From Macrostomum lignano (taxonomy: Eukaryota): a DNA stretch of 64,000 nucleotides. Numbering within the stretch: the stretch's first letter is position 1; each line of letters starts with the position of its first letter. The stretch lies in NCBI GenBank assembly GCA_002269645.1, contig NIVC01001308.1, positions 62,001 to 126,000 of the forward strand, in the 5' to 3' direction. Shown piece after piece: positions 1-12,400 of the stretch. A program made the translations under genes and the position numbers. The notes under the pieces are model-generated. The model was not told the DNA's origin. It saw only the letters and a program-made list of their open reading frames with translations, and did no database searches.

Positions 1-144
1 AAAATTCTTGGTACATAAAGTTATTCAAAACATTCGTTGCCAAGCTTCATAAATTCTTCAAGAAGTTCAGTAGATGGAAAAATGCTCTTTTTAGTGTTGG
101 TGTTGGAACACTGATGTCTATATTGCAGCATTTATGGCAACAGT

Positions 145-402
145 AGCGCCCATCTAAGAGACAGTGGCGCTCATCTAAGAGACAGTGGCGCTAATCTAAG
201 AGACAGTGGCGCCGATCTAAGAGACAGTTCCGCCGATCTAAGAGACAGCGGCGCCCATCTAACAGACAGCGGCGCCCATCTAAGAAACAGTGGCGCCGAT
301 CTAAGAGACAGTGGCGCCCATCTAAGAGACAGTGGCGCTCATCTAAGAGACAGTGGCGCTCATCTAAGAGACAGCGGCGTCCATCTAACAGACAGTGGCG
401 CC
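145..402. repeat. 21-bp minisatellite (CATCTAAGAGACAGTGGCGCC)n
   Basis: About 12 tandem copies visible; the ORF 191..439 is its translation. Confidence 0.95.
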
Positions 403-492
403 TACTCTGTGAGGGACTGTGACGTGGCATCTGTGACATGGCATAAGTTATTTTTATTGAAAATCATCAATGTGATTAGCTTATTTTTTCCT

Positions 493-735
493 ATTAGAGG
501 CAGAGGGCTGTGTGCACCCTTGGACACTTTAAGCGACATTGTCACACAACCGGCGAGAGGCATTACTGCCCATTCCACCGACTCCCCTGAGCAGGCACAC
601 AAGCGCGCGGATACGTATGCAGTCAAGCGCACAGGCACACACTCACACAGGAGTGTACAGCGGCCCTAAACTTTATTTTCTGGATGTACACTTCACTGTG
701 CCTTGGGGTTTGGCCCTCAAGGGCGGCCCCTAATT
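493..735 (-). mobile_element. 5'-truncated copy of the tRNA-derived SINE seen full-length at 54013-54383
   Basis: Reverse complement matches the body and 3' tail (..GGAGTCGGTGGAATGGGCA..GGGTGCACAC..CTGCCTCTAATA) of the 54.0-kb copy. Confidence 0.85.
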
Positions 736-1660
736 GATTACGAGCTAATTAGTTAATTTTATTTTCGCAATTCATCATTAATTACAATAGTTTAAAAAAT
801 ATCTTGCAGATTCCAGTTAACGAAAATATGATTAATACAATATTGATTTTATTGGTAACTTTATTGAAAAAAATGAATCGTGTGCTAGACAATCTGTGGG
901 AAAAAGCGATAAAAATTGAAATGCTTGTACAAGTATTGAAAAAATGTCCCACCGTATTGGAGTTAAAATAAGTCTGTTTGAAATTTCGAGAGGAATATGA
1001 AATAATATGAAGCCGATTCAAGAGTTCAAACGAAAGGATAAAAAGTAAAAAAACTAGTCAACAATAGACGAAATTATATCATGTACAAATGAATCCACGA
1101 GTATTTTTACGTAGAGGTATGATGCAATATAGTTAATGAAAAAGAAAAAACTGCAAATTTTCATGATAAAAAAATCATTTTATTGGCGTATGTTTTTGCT
1201 TTTCGAAGCGACTCTTTTTTCCGCGACTTACTCAGTCATTTTTTCAGTATGTCTCCACTTTGTCTCTGTTTGCTCTCACTCTCAGTCCAGTTCAGTCTTG
1301 TTATTCTTATCTCTCACTCGCTGCCTTCTGATCGGCTCTTCAATCTCGCCTCTCTCATTGCCTCTCGTCGCTTCGTCTACCGGCTTCTCAACTCTTCGCT
1401 TGGCATCTCTTTCTACTCTCGGGCTGTCGGTCTCGTCTTCCGTCGGAGTCTGTGCTGGCGGCATATCTCGCCGGTTTCTCTCGTCAATTTTCTTCAGTCT
1501 GTTCCGCTCATTCTCGCTTGTCAGTCTCCAGTTTCATTCGTTCTTTATATCAACTCGATTTCTCATCTCCTTCTCGTATTCAACAGACTCAATATGCTTC
1601 TACATTTTTTTGTGAACTGCACAAGACGTCATCAATTAAGAATTAAAAGTCGCGACACTC

Positions 1661-3179
1661 CTAACAGATGAAGGCAGTCAGCGTGGCCAAGATGCTGCCC
1701 TGACAAGCGGGACACCGCGACGCGGTACTCAAGCACCGGTGACAGGCGCTGAAGTGAGTGCAGGGCAGGATCACGCGGTCTCGGACTGACGTTTGGCAAA
1801 CCATGCACCGATCGCTCGATGATTCGGCGAGGCCTTCGCTTAAGTTTCCCACTGTAGTCGGCGGAGCGGCAGCCGACGGCACAGCCAGGACGGCCGGATG
1901 ATTAACTTGAAATTCCGTATTTTGCGCCGTTGTCGATAGAGGCGTTTCCTGCAAAACCGATCGAATATCTACAGCCGAGAGTAAACCCATCGACGAGGTT
2001 GTTTCCAGTGTATCCTGGCAGGCCAGGACCTTCTCAATCAGGTCACCCGGTCGGTGAGGTGCCGGCAGGTCCAGCAAGTGGCTGTGAGCGACTGTGTAGT
2101 AAACCAGACGTCTGGGATAGCCGAACGACTCAACTATGCCGCTGATTGGCTGTTCGATGCTGCTGCGAAGCGTTTGCAAAGTTTGCACAGCTCTGCTCTT
2201 CTCCGATTGGTCAGCTTGAGTCAAAGATCCCGTCTGGGACAGCAGGCTGACCAGGCGATAGTAGCTGCACTGCAAACCTGTGGCAGGATGCTGCTGTATT
2301 GCACCAGCTATAGCTTGCTGACCGCAGCAGTAGCAAACCAGCTGTCCGGACTCCGAAGCCCGGAACAGGCCCGCATCGGCTACGGATTCTGCCGCCGCCG
2401 ATCTCCTATCTGGCTCGGTATTGGCTAAAGAAGCTAGACGAGGAGATTTCAGAGCATGGCTTGGATGCCGACTGGTTATGGAGCATTTCAACCATAGTAC
2501 TGGAATTGGAGTAAAAACATAGATGAAGTACTTTTAAACAGTAGTTTAAAGCGGAGTGATGCTTGTTAGCGATGTTAATTCAGATTCATCATGCCGTGCT
2601 GCTTATAAAGTTTAATCTGCAAGAACTAAATAGTTAGTAGACTATTTTTTCGAGTTAAAAATAATTTAAGCCATCAAGCTTATGGTCAGCACTTGCAGCT
2701 GATTTCTGTCTCTCTAGTAAATGAAAAAGTCAAATAAAATCATCATTATGCCGAAACAAGAATTGAAACGAATTTAAGTTAACACAACTGAATATTTGAC
2801 TTACCTATAAAATCTAAGTTCACCATCAAAAACTTACCGCTAAACAGGTCCGAGAATGGATGCTTAACATCGCGAGAATTAGAATTCTGTCTGCTAAAAA
2901 GGTCTCTAAGAGAGAACTGCCGTACGCCCACAAATTGGAAGCCTGGAAGTGGGTATTGCATATGCAACGCTTCATTTGTGAAATAAAATAACTGCATGGC
3001 CTTTTACTTTATTTTTTATCGCATTTTCACGAAATATCTCAGGGTGTAGCGACTATATTTTCAAGGTACACGGTAGGAATCAAGGCGAGACTTCCTAAAA
3101 TTGGAAAAACAATACTTACGATGCTCACCCACTGGATGTCAGGCGTCTCAGTGTCGCGCAGGATCTGCACTCCAAGCAT
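1661..3179 (-). CDS. IAP-like protein (degenerate BIR, UBA-like segment, C-terminal RING)
   Basis: Main exon 1661..2499 has R..LADAGLF..CYCC-x11-H-x6-C (BIR-like), a GIVESFGYPRRLV UBA-like segment, and a terminal RING CMVC..CTHFSACHRC..CPAC. It has no in-frame ATG of its own. Candidate upstream exons 2838..2886 and 3120..3179 have GTAAGT donors and join in frame (315 aa); this 5' model is tentative. Confidence 0.75.
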
Positions 3180-5183
3180 ACAGGAGGATCACGTGATCCT
3201 CTACAGAATAGAAGCTGTTACCCGAGAGACATGTTGTTTCGGCATAATCAAAGAAATACCACAATTTTCTTTGGCTTAGAATATAACACTATTTTTTACA
3301 GTACAGTCCCTAAGCTTAAGAAGGTCCACGACATTTGACAGGCCTCAATTTCACTTATGTCGTCTATTCATAGCTTCAAAATAATGCGCAGATTAATTAT
3401 AGTTTTGAAAGCCATGAAACAATTTTGCAGCCTACAAGCCACTGGCCATCGCTTGATGACGATAACAGCAGGCATGCAAAGCGGCATACTTTATTTAATT
3501 ATTAGCTAGATTTCTGAGTAATTAATATAATTAATATTATTATTACATGCGATAGGGTGCCGATGAATATATAAAATTATTATTCATTATATAATGAATA
3601 CCGTGGGAAACATGACTTTTAGCAATGCAGAAAAATTAAGAATCTTAGTGGCTTTCGGAAAATGCCCTGGACAACCACCTACCCAGTACCGAAGCTGCAC
3701 ACATGGAGCCTAGATACATGGAGCAATTGCAGCTAAAATATTTCGGGTATCTTAACTAGTTATGGCTAATATGTATGCCGCTGCTAGTGACAATATCATA
3801 TATCGTTTCTAATATAAGGGAAAATGGTTAACCAAAACATAACTCGTAATAAAGTTTACATAAATGTGTGCAATTTACATATAAGTAATGCGCGATCCAG
3901 TGCATTTCGAGCGACTGTAGCGTCATCTGCGTAGCCTGTGTTTGCGGAGCCACCGATGATTGCTTCAAGTCGTTCTGCGCTGCGACGCGGCAGTATTAAT
4001 GCGTATTGCATATCTCGCGTTGCTCAAACTTTAGTAAGCTAGATGCCCTTGCACTGCCCCCCTATTGGGGCTCAAAAAAGCGGGTAGAATATACAACAGT
4101 GCCGTGTTCACAAGCTTTTGTAGACATTTTCCAAGTCAGCTGACGCTTTGTTGTACAGGGAATTATACGTGGGTTCTATTTTTAGAACCAGCTGCAGTAC
4201 CCTGTAGGTCAACCCTGGATCAATAACGTAGTACGTCTGCTGCATTATAGATTGTAGACATGCAACAAGACTGCACAAATGTAGGAACCCGAGTTTGAAT
4301 TTTAAAATTGTAATTTTTTATGAAATAGCTTTTCAAATGTCAATAAAACTCAAAAAAGAAGCGTCATGTAAATCATAAAGAGTTTATTGGTGAATTGCTA
4401 ATATGTCAAGCCGCGTGGGAAATTTCTGAGAGGTCAAGGCTGACGGGGGATTGCTGAGATGTCAATTCTGTCAATTTCGGCAATGTTTCTAAAGTTGTGT
4501 TGTGATGAAATAATTTATCAAAACGCAACTTTTGGACATTTTGGACTTTGGACAAACTGGAAGAATTATAATTAGGATTTGAATTGCAGTTCGAACAGAT
4601 AAATCTCCGAGCTTGAACTACTTTTGAGCAATACAACTACGAAAAGGCAAGCGAAATAATATTTGTTTCCCGGAGGGGTCATGACCCCCTTAATATTCTC
4701 GGGGTGGGGTAAGCCAACCCCCTACGCAGTTTCAGGTTGAGCTTCTCGTAGTGCAGTTTTAGTAGAATATAAAATAAACTTTGACTTAAAGCCTCTTAAT
4801 GTGTTCGTCACGTACCTCTGCTTGAGGTAAGCATATGGTATTATTCCGAGAACCCGCAACTTTTGAACTTTCAACCTTACAATTGTGCGCACGAGCTTCA
4901 AAAGCCCGCGGTAGTAAACACAGATTTACAAGGTCAGGCGAGATCCTTACTTCTAAGCATGGAACGAAACCTACAATGTCTGCAGGGAGTGAAGAGCCCT
5001 CCTTATCAGATAGCAGGAAAGACAACGTTGAAGCTACGTTGTCGTTGAGCCTCTATACAATAGCAAGGTACAGTAGCAATCAATCGGAAAAACTCCTTGC
5101 CATTCTATGTGACCTATAAGATCCAACGTGCCAATCTGACTCCACCAGCTGGTGCTAAGAACTGATAACTGCCGGTTTCGTGT

Positions 5184-5191
5184 TATATAAG
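5184..5191 (+). promoter_or_regulatory. TATA box candidate for the secreted-protein gene
   Basis: TATATAAG about 90 bp upstream of the ATG at 5274. Confidence 0.45.
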
Positions 5192-5273
5192 CAGCCAAAC
5201 TTTAGCAGCAATTACAATTCATGATAGTTTGTGTATTTTGTTTTATAGGTAAAATCAATATTAGCTTTTAAAA

Positions 5274-8200
5274 ATGAAATTCATCGGCCTCTGTATAGCC
5301 GCTTCTCTGCTGGTCGGCTGCGGTAAGTCTACATATACATCTAAGATTCAGCCAAGAACGTTGAAGCAACAAACTATTTGTTAGGGAAGATTAGACGTAA
5401 AATTTCAGTAGCTCAAAAGAAGACTCAGAGAAAAATCATATAATATACAATGTGATAAAAATTCCACCTATAATTCCACCTATTTTATCCCCAATTAAAA
5501 CCTCCGACGACAGCCGTCGCGCAGGACTGGGACGACCTTCGTGTCAGGTTTGGCATGAATCCGCTGTCCAACTTCGTCCAGATGCCTCGGACTGTTGCCG
5601 ACGCCACTAGCCAGGGCTTCAAGCAGGAGACCAACTGCGATGGTGGGTTTTGGTGTTTTTTTTGTATTTATACTTTCTTGCGGCTTGTGGCGGTTAGGGA
5701 GAATTAGGCTTGGGAAAATATTGGAAACGGTTTCTACAGCTGATTTTCTACTATGCTAGTTCGATGTTGAATAAGCTATACTTACTAAAAACTGCATTTC
5801 TCGATGACTTCGAAATAAAAAATAGTATACGAGTATGAGGACAAACTTTCAATTTGTCAGGGAGATTGACGGATATAAGCAACAATCTGCTAGAGCAGGG
5901 GTCAGTAAACTTTTTCACCTCAAGAACCAGATAGAGAACTCAGCGCATGACTGCGGGCCAGAGAGGGGAGAAACGAGACGGAATAGAGAAGAGAGGAGAA
6001 GAGAGGAGGAGAGAGGAGGAGAGGAGAAAAGAGATGAAATAAGGAAGGAGAGAGAGAAGGAAGAGGAAAGAAGATGGGACAGGAAAGAGAGAAGGGAGAG
6101 GAGAGGAGAGGAGAGGAGAGGAGAGGAGAGGAGAGGAGAGGAGAGGAGAGGAGATGATAGAGAAGGGAGCTAAGAAGAGACACTAATACAAAATTTGATC
6201 AGACGAATGAATTAAATGACCCTATGGCCCGATAGAGAGGCTCTGGGACCGGGAGTTTGTTGACCCCCATACGGAAATACGGAACTGCAGTACACAGCAC
6301 ACGGTACAACGAGCAGATAATTAAAAAAGTAAAACAATGACACATTTTGTACAAAAGGAATATAAAAACAACAACAGCAGACGAGCTAAAAAACTGCTTC
6401 GAAGATTTTCCCCGGCTAGTCTTTCTATTTGTTATTCAATGTGTCTTCATTTGCCTCTTTGGCTTGCCATCAGGTGCCGCGAACAAGTTCCTCGGACGTA
6501 GGTTCGTTCACAGGAACGGCGACCGTTCCATCATGCTGCTGTACGATGTTAACGGAATAATTGCCGGAATTCAGACTAACGTGAGAGCGCCAACCGATGT
6601 TCAACCAAGCGTTTGCTAGTTTTAATACAGTTTCTAAAAGTTTAAAATGCACTTTTCCATCCGCAGGTGCCCAAGTCCACCGGCTTCCCGACAGCTGCTC
6701 ACAAGAAGTTCCACGACATGTGGGTTGAAGAGCCGAATGCCCATGTGCTCACTGCCTACTTTGTGGATCCCAGTGAGTTTGAATAAGAGCTTGCACCAAA
6801 CACCTATGACACTGAACTAAAGGTACCACTATCTAAGAGCTATAATTAGATTCAGCTGTTTGAACTGTGGGTAAACATAATTTGCTAAAATAGTTTATTG
6901 TTGGCCGTCAACAACTAATATGTTATGACTAATAAAACACAGAAAAAAACTGTCAAGGAAAAACTATTGACGACAATATTGACGAAAATATGATATACAA
7001 TTCACAAATCCTGTACAATACGAGCGTCTTAGATATCAAAAGTAGGTTTCAATAATAACCCAAAGCTAAAAATAGAGTCGAGATTAGACCAAAATCTTAA
7101 AGATTACGCTTGTATAGGTGCAACCGTGACCAGCTATTTCCAATAAACTGTCAACTGAATTTGGGTTCCTTCTATTTAGAACGTACACAAACTCTGAACC
7201 GTGGAAGCTTAAACCGATAACAATCTTCTTCCTCAAGGCATCGTGTGCACCACCGGCCGCAGCGCCGCCCAGCTGAACAACCAGGGCACTGGCACCGGCC
7301 TCTACCTGCAGAAGGGCCGCGCCAACAGCAACAGCGGCGTCAACTCTTTGCGGATCCCCAAGAACGAGGCTGACATGCCAAGCACCGCCTGGTCTAAGGG
7401 CAAGTGCTTCGTCTTCATGGGTAAGTTCGGATCCCAGATCCTCAGGTTGAGCCACCACACGATCCCAGATCCTCAGGCTAAGCCACCACACGATCCCAGA
7501 TCCTCAGGCTAAGCCACCACACGATCCCAGATCCTCAGGCTAAGCCACCACACGATCCCAGATCCTCAGGCTAAGCCACCACACGATCCCAGATCCTCAG
7601 GCTAAGCCACCACACGATCCCAGATCCTCAGGCTAAGCCACCACACGATCCCAGATCCTCAGGCTAAGCCACCAAACGATCCCAGATCCCCAGGCTGAGC
7701 CACCACACTCCCAGATCCCCAGGCTGAGCCACCACACTCCCAGATCCTCAGACTGAGCCACCACACTCCCAGATCCTAAGGCTGAGCCAATACACGATCC
7801 CAGATCCTCAGGCTGAGCCAATACACTCCCAGATCCTAAGGCTGAGCCAATACACGATCCCAGATCCTCAGGCTGAGCCAATACACGATCCCAGATCCTC
7901 AGGCTGGGGTTTAACACTCCCAGATCCTCAGGCTGAGCCACTACACGATCCCAGATCCTCAGGCTAAGCCACCACACGATCCCAGATCCTCAGGCTAAGC
8001 CACCACACGATCCCAGATCCTCAGGCTAAGCCACCACACGATCCCAGATCCTCAGGCTAAGCCACCACACGATCCCAGATCCTCAGGCTAAGCCACCAAA
8101 CGATCCCAGATCCCCAGGCTGAGCCACCACACTCCCAGATCCCCAGGCTGAGCCACCACACTCCCAGATCCTCAGACTGAGCCACCACACTCCCAGATCC

Positions 8201-8778
8201 TAAGGCTGAGCCAATACACGATCCCAGATCCTCAGGCTGAGCCAATACACGATCCCAGATCCTCAGGCTGGGGTTTAACACTCCCAGATCCTCAGGCTGA
8301 GCCACTACACGATCCCAGATCCTCAGGCTGGGGTTTAACACTCCCAGATCCTCAGGCTGGGGTTTAACACTGATTGCCAGCAATCTGCACTAGTCAATAA
8401 AACTCCCTCCCTCCCCCTCCCACCCCAGGCCAGCACTATTGGTACAACATGCGCAAGAACATGAACTGCGATGACTTCATGCCCTACTTTCTGCTGTACA
8501 ATGGCGGTAAACTGGACGGTTTCGGCTTCGCCATGACTGCCAACTACAATGGCGAGTACTATGAGCACCCGACCGTGTCTGTTGCTGGGGTGAGTCCTGA
8601 CACAGTGGCCATTGTCACTTCTGAGCACAGGCAGCAAGTAGTTACTCCTACATGTATTTTTCAGAGCTTCTTCCCATTTGTCCCGGACTGCATGCACCAG
8701 CCGACGCACCCCCAGACCTTCACCACCGCCCATGTCTACATGTACAAGCGGCCCTGGACCAAGCTGTGTGTCTTCTGA
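5274..8778 (+). CDS. Secreted protein of unknown function, 282 aa, 7 exons
   Basis: Exons 5274-5322, 5514-5642, 6474-6580, 6667-6772, 7238-7420, 8429-8589 and 8665-8778 join in frame with GT-AG sites. Signal peptide MKFIGLCIAASLLVGCAVA; motifs LLYDVNGIIAG, KCFVFMGQHYWY, FLLYNGGKLDGFG; AATAAA at 8863. Confidence 0.85.
5896..6269. mobile_element. hAT-like MITE with internal GA-rich microsatellite
   Basis: Imperfect terminal inverted repeats CAGGGGTCAGTAAACT / AGTTTGTTGACCCCCA. Related partial copies lie at about 29330-29440 and 53407-53590. No intact TSD. Confidence 0.55.
7428..8370. repeat. ~31-bp minisatellite (GATCCCAGATCCTCAGGCTAAGCCACCACAC)n in intron 5 of the secreted-protein gene
   Basis: Directly visible tandem array starting just after the splice donor. 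Confidence 0.95.
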
Positions 8779-9473
8779 GCTGTTTAAGCCGCGGTGTTCA
8801 TCAAGCTACTGAAAGTAGACTAGGAAGATTTCAGTTGAGTAAAGAAATATAAAAAAGTAGGAAATAAAACTGATCAAACATTGAAATTGTTTCAATTTTT
8901 ACGTTATTTCTTTGTAATTTGCTTTTGGCATGGCATAAACTGAAATGTTTGCTAAATCACAGAAAATTTAATACATGTATGTACTTCTCGCACCTCACAA
9001 TCCTATAAAAAACAATATTTGTACCTTCTGTTAAACATAAAGTATTTATTAAATCATTATTCAAAACTAAGACATACTACACAGGTGGTAGTCGAACCTT
9101 ATTCAAGGCTAAGATGTACTTTAATATATACTTTATTCATTTTATTTGCGCCAGGGCCAGTCTATAAGTAAAATTCAAAATACGACAAATAGACATCCGC
9201 GCACGTGCAATGCATACCAATCACCATATTCTGCGACATCAAGGACCATAAACTAATTTGAGAGCTGTTGTCATGACAGTTGACAGTGTGGAATGTCTGT
9301 CAAAGAAAGCACTGTATGGTTACGAAATGGTTTCTTAGCTCAAGGCTTGAAAAAGTAACTGTGTAATCGTTATATTGCGTTATTCAAATTAAAAAATCTG
9401 CTCGATTTTGAAGTGTGACGACAAATTTGCTTTTATAGTTCATTGTGTTTACATTGAGCTGTCTTCTCAACGT

Positions 9474-12400
9474 TTATTGCGGAGGCGGCGCAGTTGCCAT
9501 GGCGAACACCGGGTAGCTGGGCGCCCACTGGGAGGTGCCGTTCACGTTTTTTCCAGCGCCCTCCTCAGGGTCCATGTTCACCCGGCCGAACATGCACTCT
9601 TCGTAGGTGGGCGGCGCTGCGAAAGAGCATATTTTTTAATGGCTTTAACATATTATCAACGCATAGCCTACTAACGAGTAGCGAGAACTGAATATGAGAC
9701 TCCAAAAGGAAATTTCTAGCCTCTGTCATAGTGGTGTCCCCCTGTTACAGGGAGCTGTAAGCCCAGCGGTCTAGCGCGGCGTTCTGGTGTGCCTGCGGCC
9801 CAGGCTCGATTACAGTCACATTAATTTGGGCCTAAATTTGAATCTCGGCTTAGCTCTGCTCGTGCAATTATCGCCCATTCAGGCCAAACCCCAAGACACA
9901 GTGAAGTGTACATGCCTAACGATAAATAAAGTTAGGGCCGCTGTACACTCCTGTGTGAGTGTGTGCCTGTGCGTATGACTGCGTACGTAAACGCGCGATT
10001 GTGTACCTGCTCAGAGGAGTCGGTGGAATGGGCAGCAATGCCTCTCGCTGGTTGTGTGACAATTTTCGATATTATCCTATATACTAAAATTTGATGCTAT
10101 GTTCGAACATTATTCGATGATGTGGGAACATTTTGAAGGGATTGCGTAGGCGAAAACTTATCATAAATAGCGCGATGGTTTACGTACAGTATATTCTTCT
10201 TACATTGCTACTAACCTAGGCCCCGTGTGAATCAAGGGTAACACTGAGCACTACCATGACTTATTGTCACATGAATTCCTGTTTAAAGGTCTTTATAGCT
10301 AACTATATATAAGCTTAGGATACAATTTAGCTCATCAATAGTATTTAAACGAACAATCAAACTTGCCCCCCCCCATTCGAGGCGCCCAATAAGCAAGGCT
10401 TGCTTTAATATGCTTATATCATATGTTAAGATAAACTAATAAATACATTTAGAGCTACCTTATCATCTGATCATTTATTCAAAATCTAATCGCTAATGTG
10501 CTTGTAATAGTGTAGATGATGATCTACGCTAATTATTAATCACACGCGAGTTCACATCAGTCAGTAGCTCGTACTTACGGGGCACAGCTGGAGCCGGCGG
10601 CTGAGACGTGATCGCCATCATTGGACCGTCATAGCCGTAGCCGGGTCCTTGACCCCACGGCATCGAGGACCAGAGCGGCACGGTGCCGATCAGCAGCTCG
10701 CAGCACTCCTCCTTCATGGACAGGCAGCAGCCACCGTCTGCGTTCACCTGAATGAGTGAGGTTTGCGTTGTGGGGTACTCACCGTACTCAAAATTTCAGG
10801 TTGATCAGTCTGCTTTTTCATCGAAGAAACACTCCCCATTGTGGTTTATTGTGTTTGTCTAGCCGATAAACACACTCCCCATTGCGGTTTATAGTGTTTG
10901 TCCAGACGATAAACACACTTCCCATTGCGGTTTATAGTGCTTGTCCAGCCGATAAACACACTCCCCATTGCAGTTTATAGTGCTTGTCCAACCGATAAAC
11001 ACACTCCCCATTGCAGTTTATAGTGCTTGTCCAGACGATAAACACACTCCCCATTGCAGTTTATAGTGCTTGTCCAACCGATAAACACACTCCCCATTGC
11101 AGTTTATAGTGCTTGTCCAGACGATAAACACACTCCCCATTGCAGTTTATAGTGCTTGTCCAGACGATAAACACACTCCCCATTGCAGTTTATAGTGCTT
11201 GTCCAGACGATAAACACACTCCCCTTTTTAAGTCAGCTAGTTCAACTTTCATCATTTCTTTTAATGAGCCCAGAACGACCTCCTTAGTCAGCGTGAATTT
11301 ACTTACTCAATGTGTAGGCAAATGAACTCAACGCTGAACTCACCCTGAAATAGTAGAACATTTCAATATTGTTGCAGCCCTCGATATGCGAGCTGGGCAT
11401 CGGGTTCACCGGCAGCAGGTGATCTAAATAGATGCTGGCGCCCTTGGCAACGCCTGGCAACTCAACCGAGGAGGCCACCCGAGTAGTGGATCGCGACTTG
11501 CTAGTTGCATGGAACACGCATCTCTGCAGATTGAGGAGATTATTAGTACAATATACTCTGTGCACATTCTTTCTGATAAGAGTCTGACGCACGAATACTA
11601 GAAACTTGGCTACGATCTGCTTCAAAAAAGTCAGACGAGACAGCAAACTAGAAGGGCAAACAAGTGGGAGCAAAACTTACTTCCGTATCAAGAACGCTCA
11701 GGACTTAGTCCCTCGTACAATGCTCCTTACGGATCAAGGTTAATGAAGCATTCTTATCGACAACATGTAGAAACAGTATATTCCTTATTACACAGCTAGA
11801 ATTCTGCAATTCAATTCTGAGTAGCTAGAGCCAAGAAAAATTGATGCGTGTAAATCCTTGGCCGTCTGCAAAACAGCGATACACGCTACAGTGGCTCACA
11901 ATATATTTATGTGGCTTCCTGTGTCCAGAGGCTCTTCAATGACAGATTTGCGTTCTTAAACTCCAACAGTGACCCGATGTCCTACATTTCCCAACGTATT
12001 ATAAAATTCACGTGTGAAACCTGACCCAATATCGCACCATTTATATTCTCCAGTGTGCATCCCATACTCCCACTATTTCCTCATCATTCACACCCTTTCC
12101 CCATCCTCTCACTGTTTCTTCATTCTTCTTCACCGTTTCCCACACTCCCACAATTTTCCCATACTCTGACAATTTTCCCATCCTCTCACTGTTTTCCAAT
12201 TCTTTCTTCACCGTTTCCCACACTCCCACCATTTTCCCATCCTCTCACCGTTTTTCCATCCTCTCACCGTTCTTCATCCTCTCACCGTTCATCATCCTCT
12301 CACCGTTCTTCATCCTCTCACCGTTCCTCATCCTCTCACCGTTCTTCATCCTCTCACCGTTCCTCATCCTCTCACCGTTCTTCATCCTCTCACCGTTCCT

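Noticed and set aside
1136-1671. Overlapping 159- and 162-aa ORFs and a Glu/Arg-rich frame on the opposite strand
   Set aside because: Low-complexity CT-rich sequence; the charged frame has two stops and no recognisable domain.
5835-6183. Glu/Arg-rich 112-aa ORF
   Set aside because: Translation of a GA microsatellite inside an intronic MITE.
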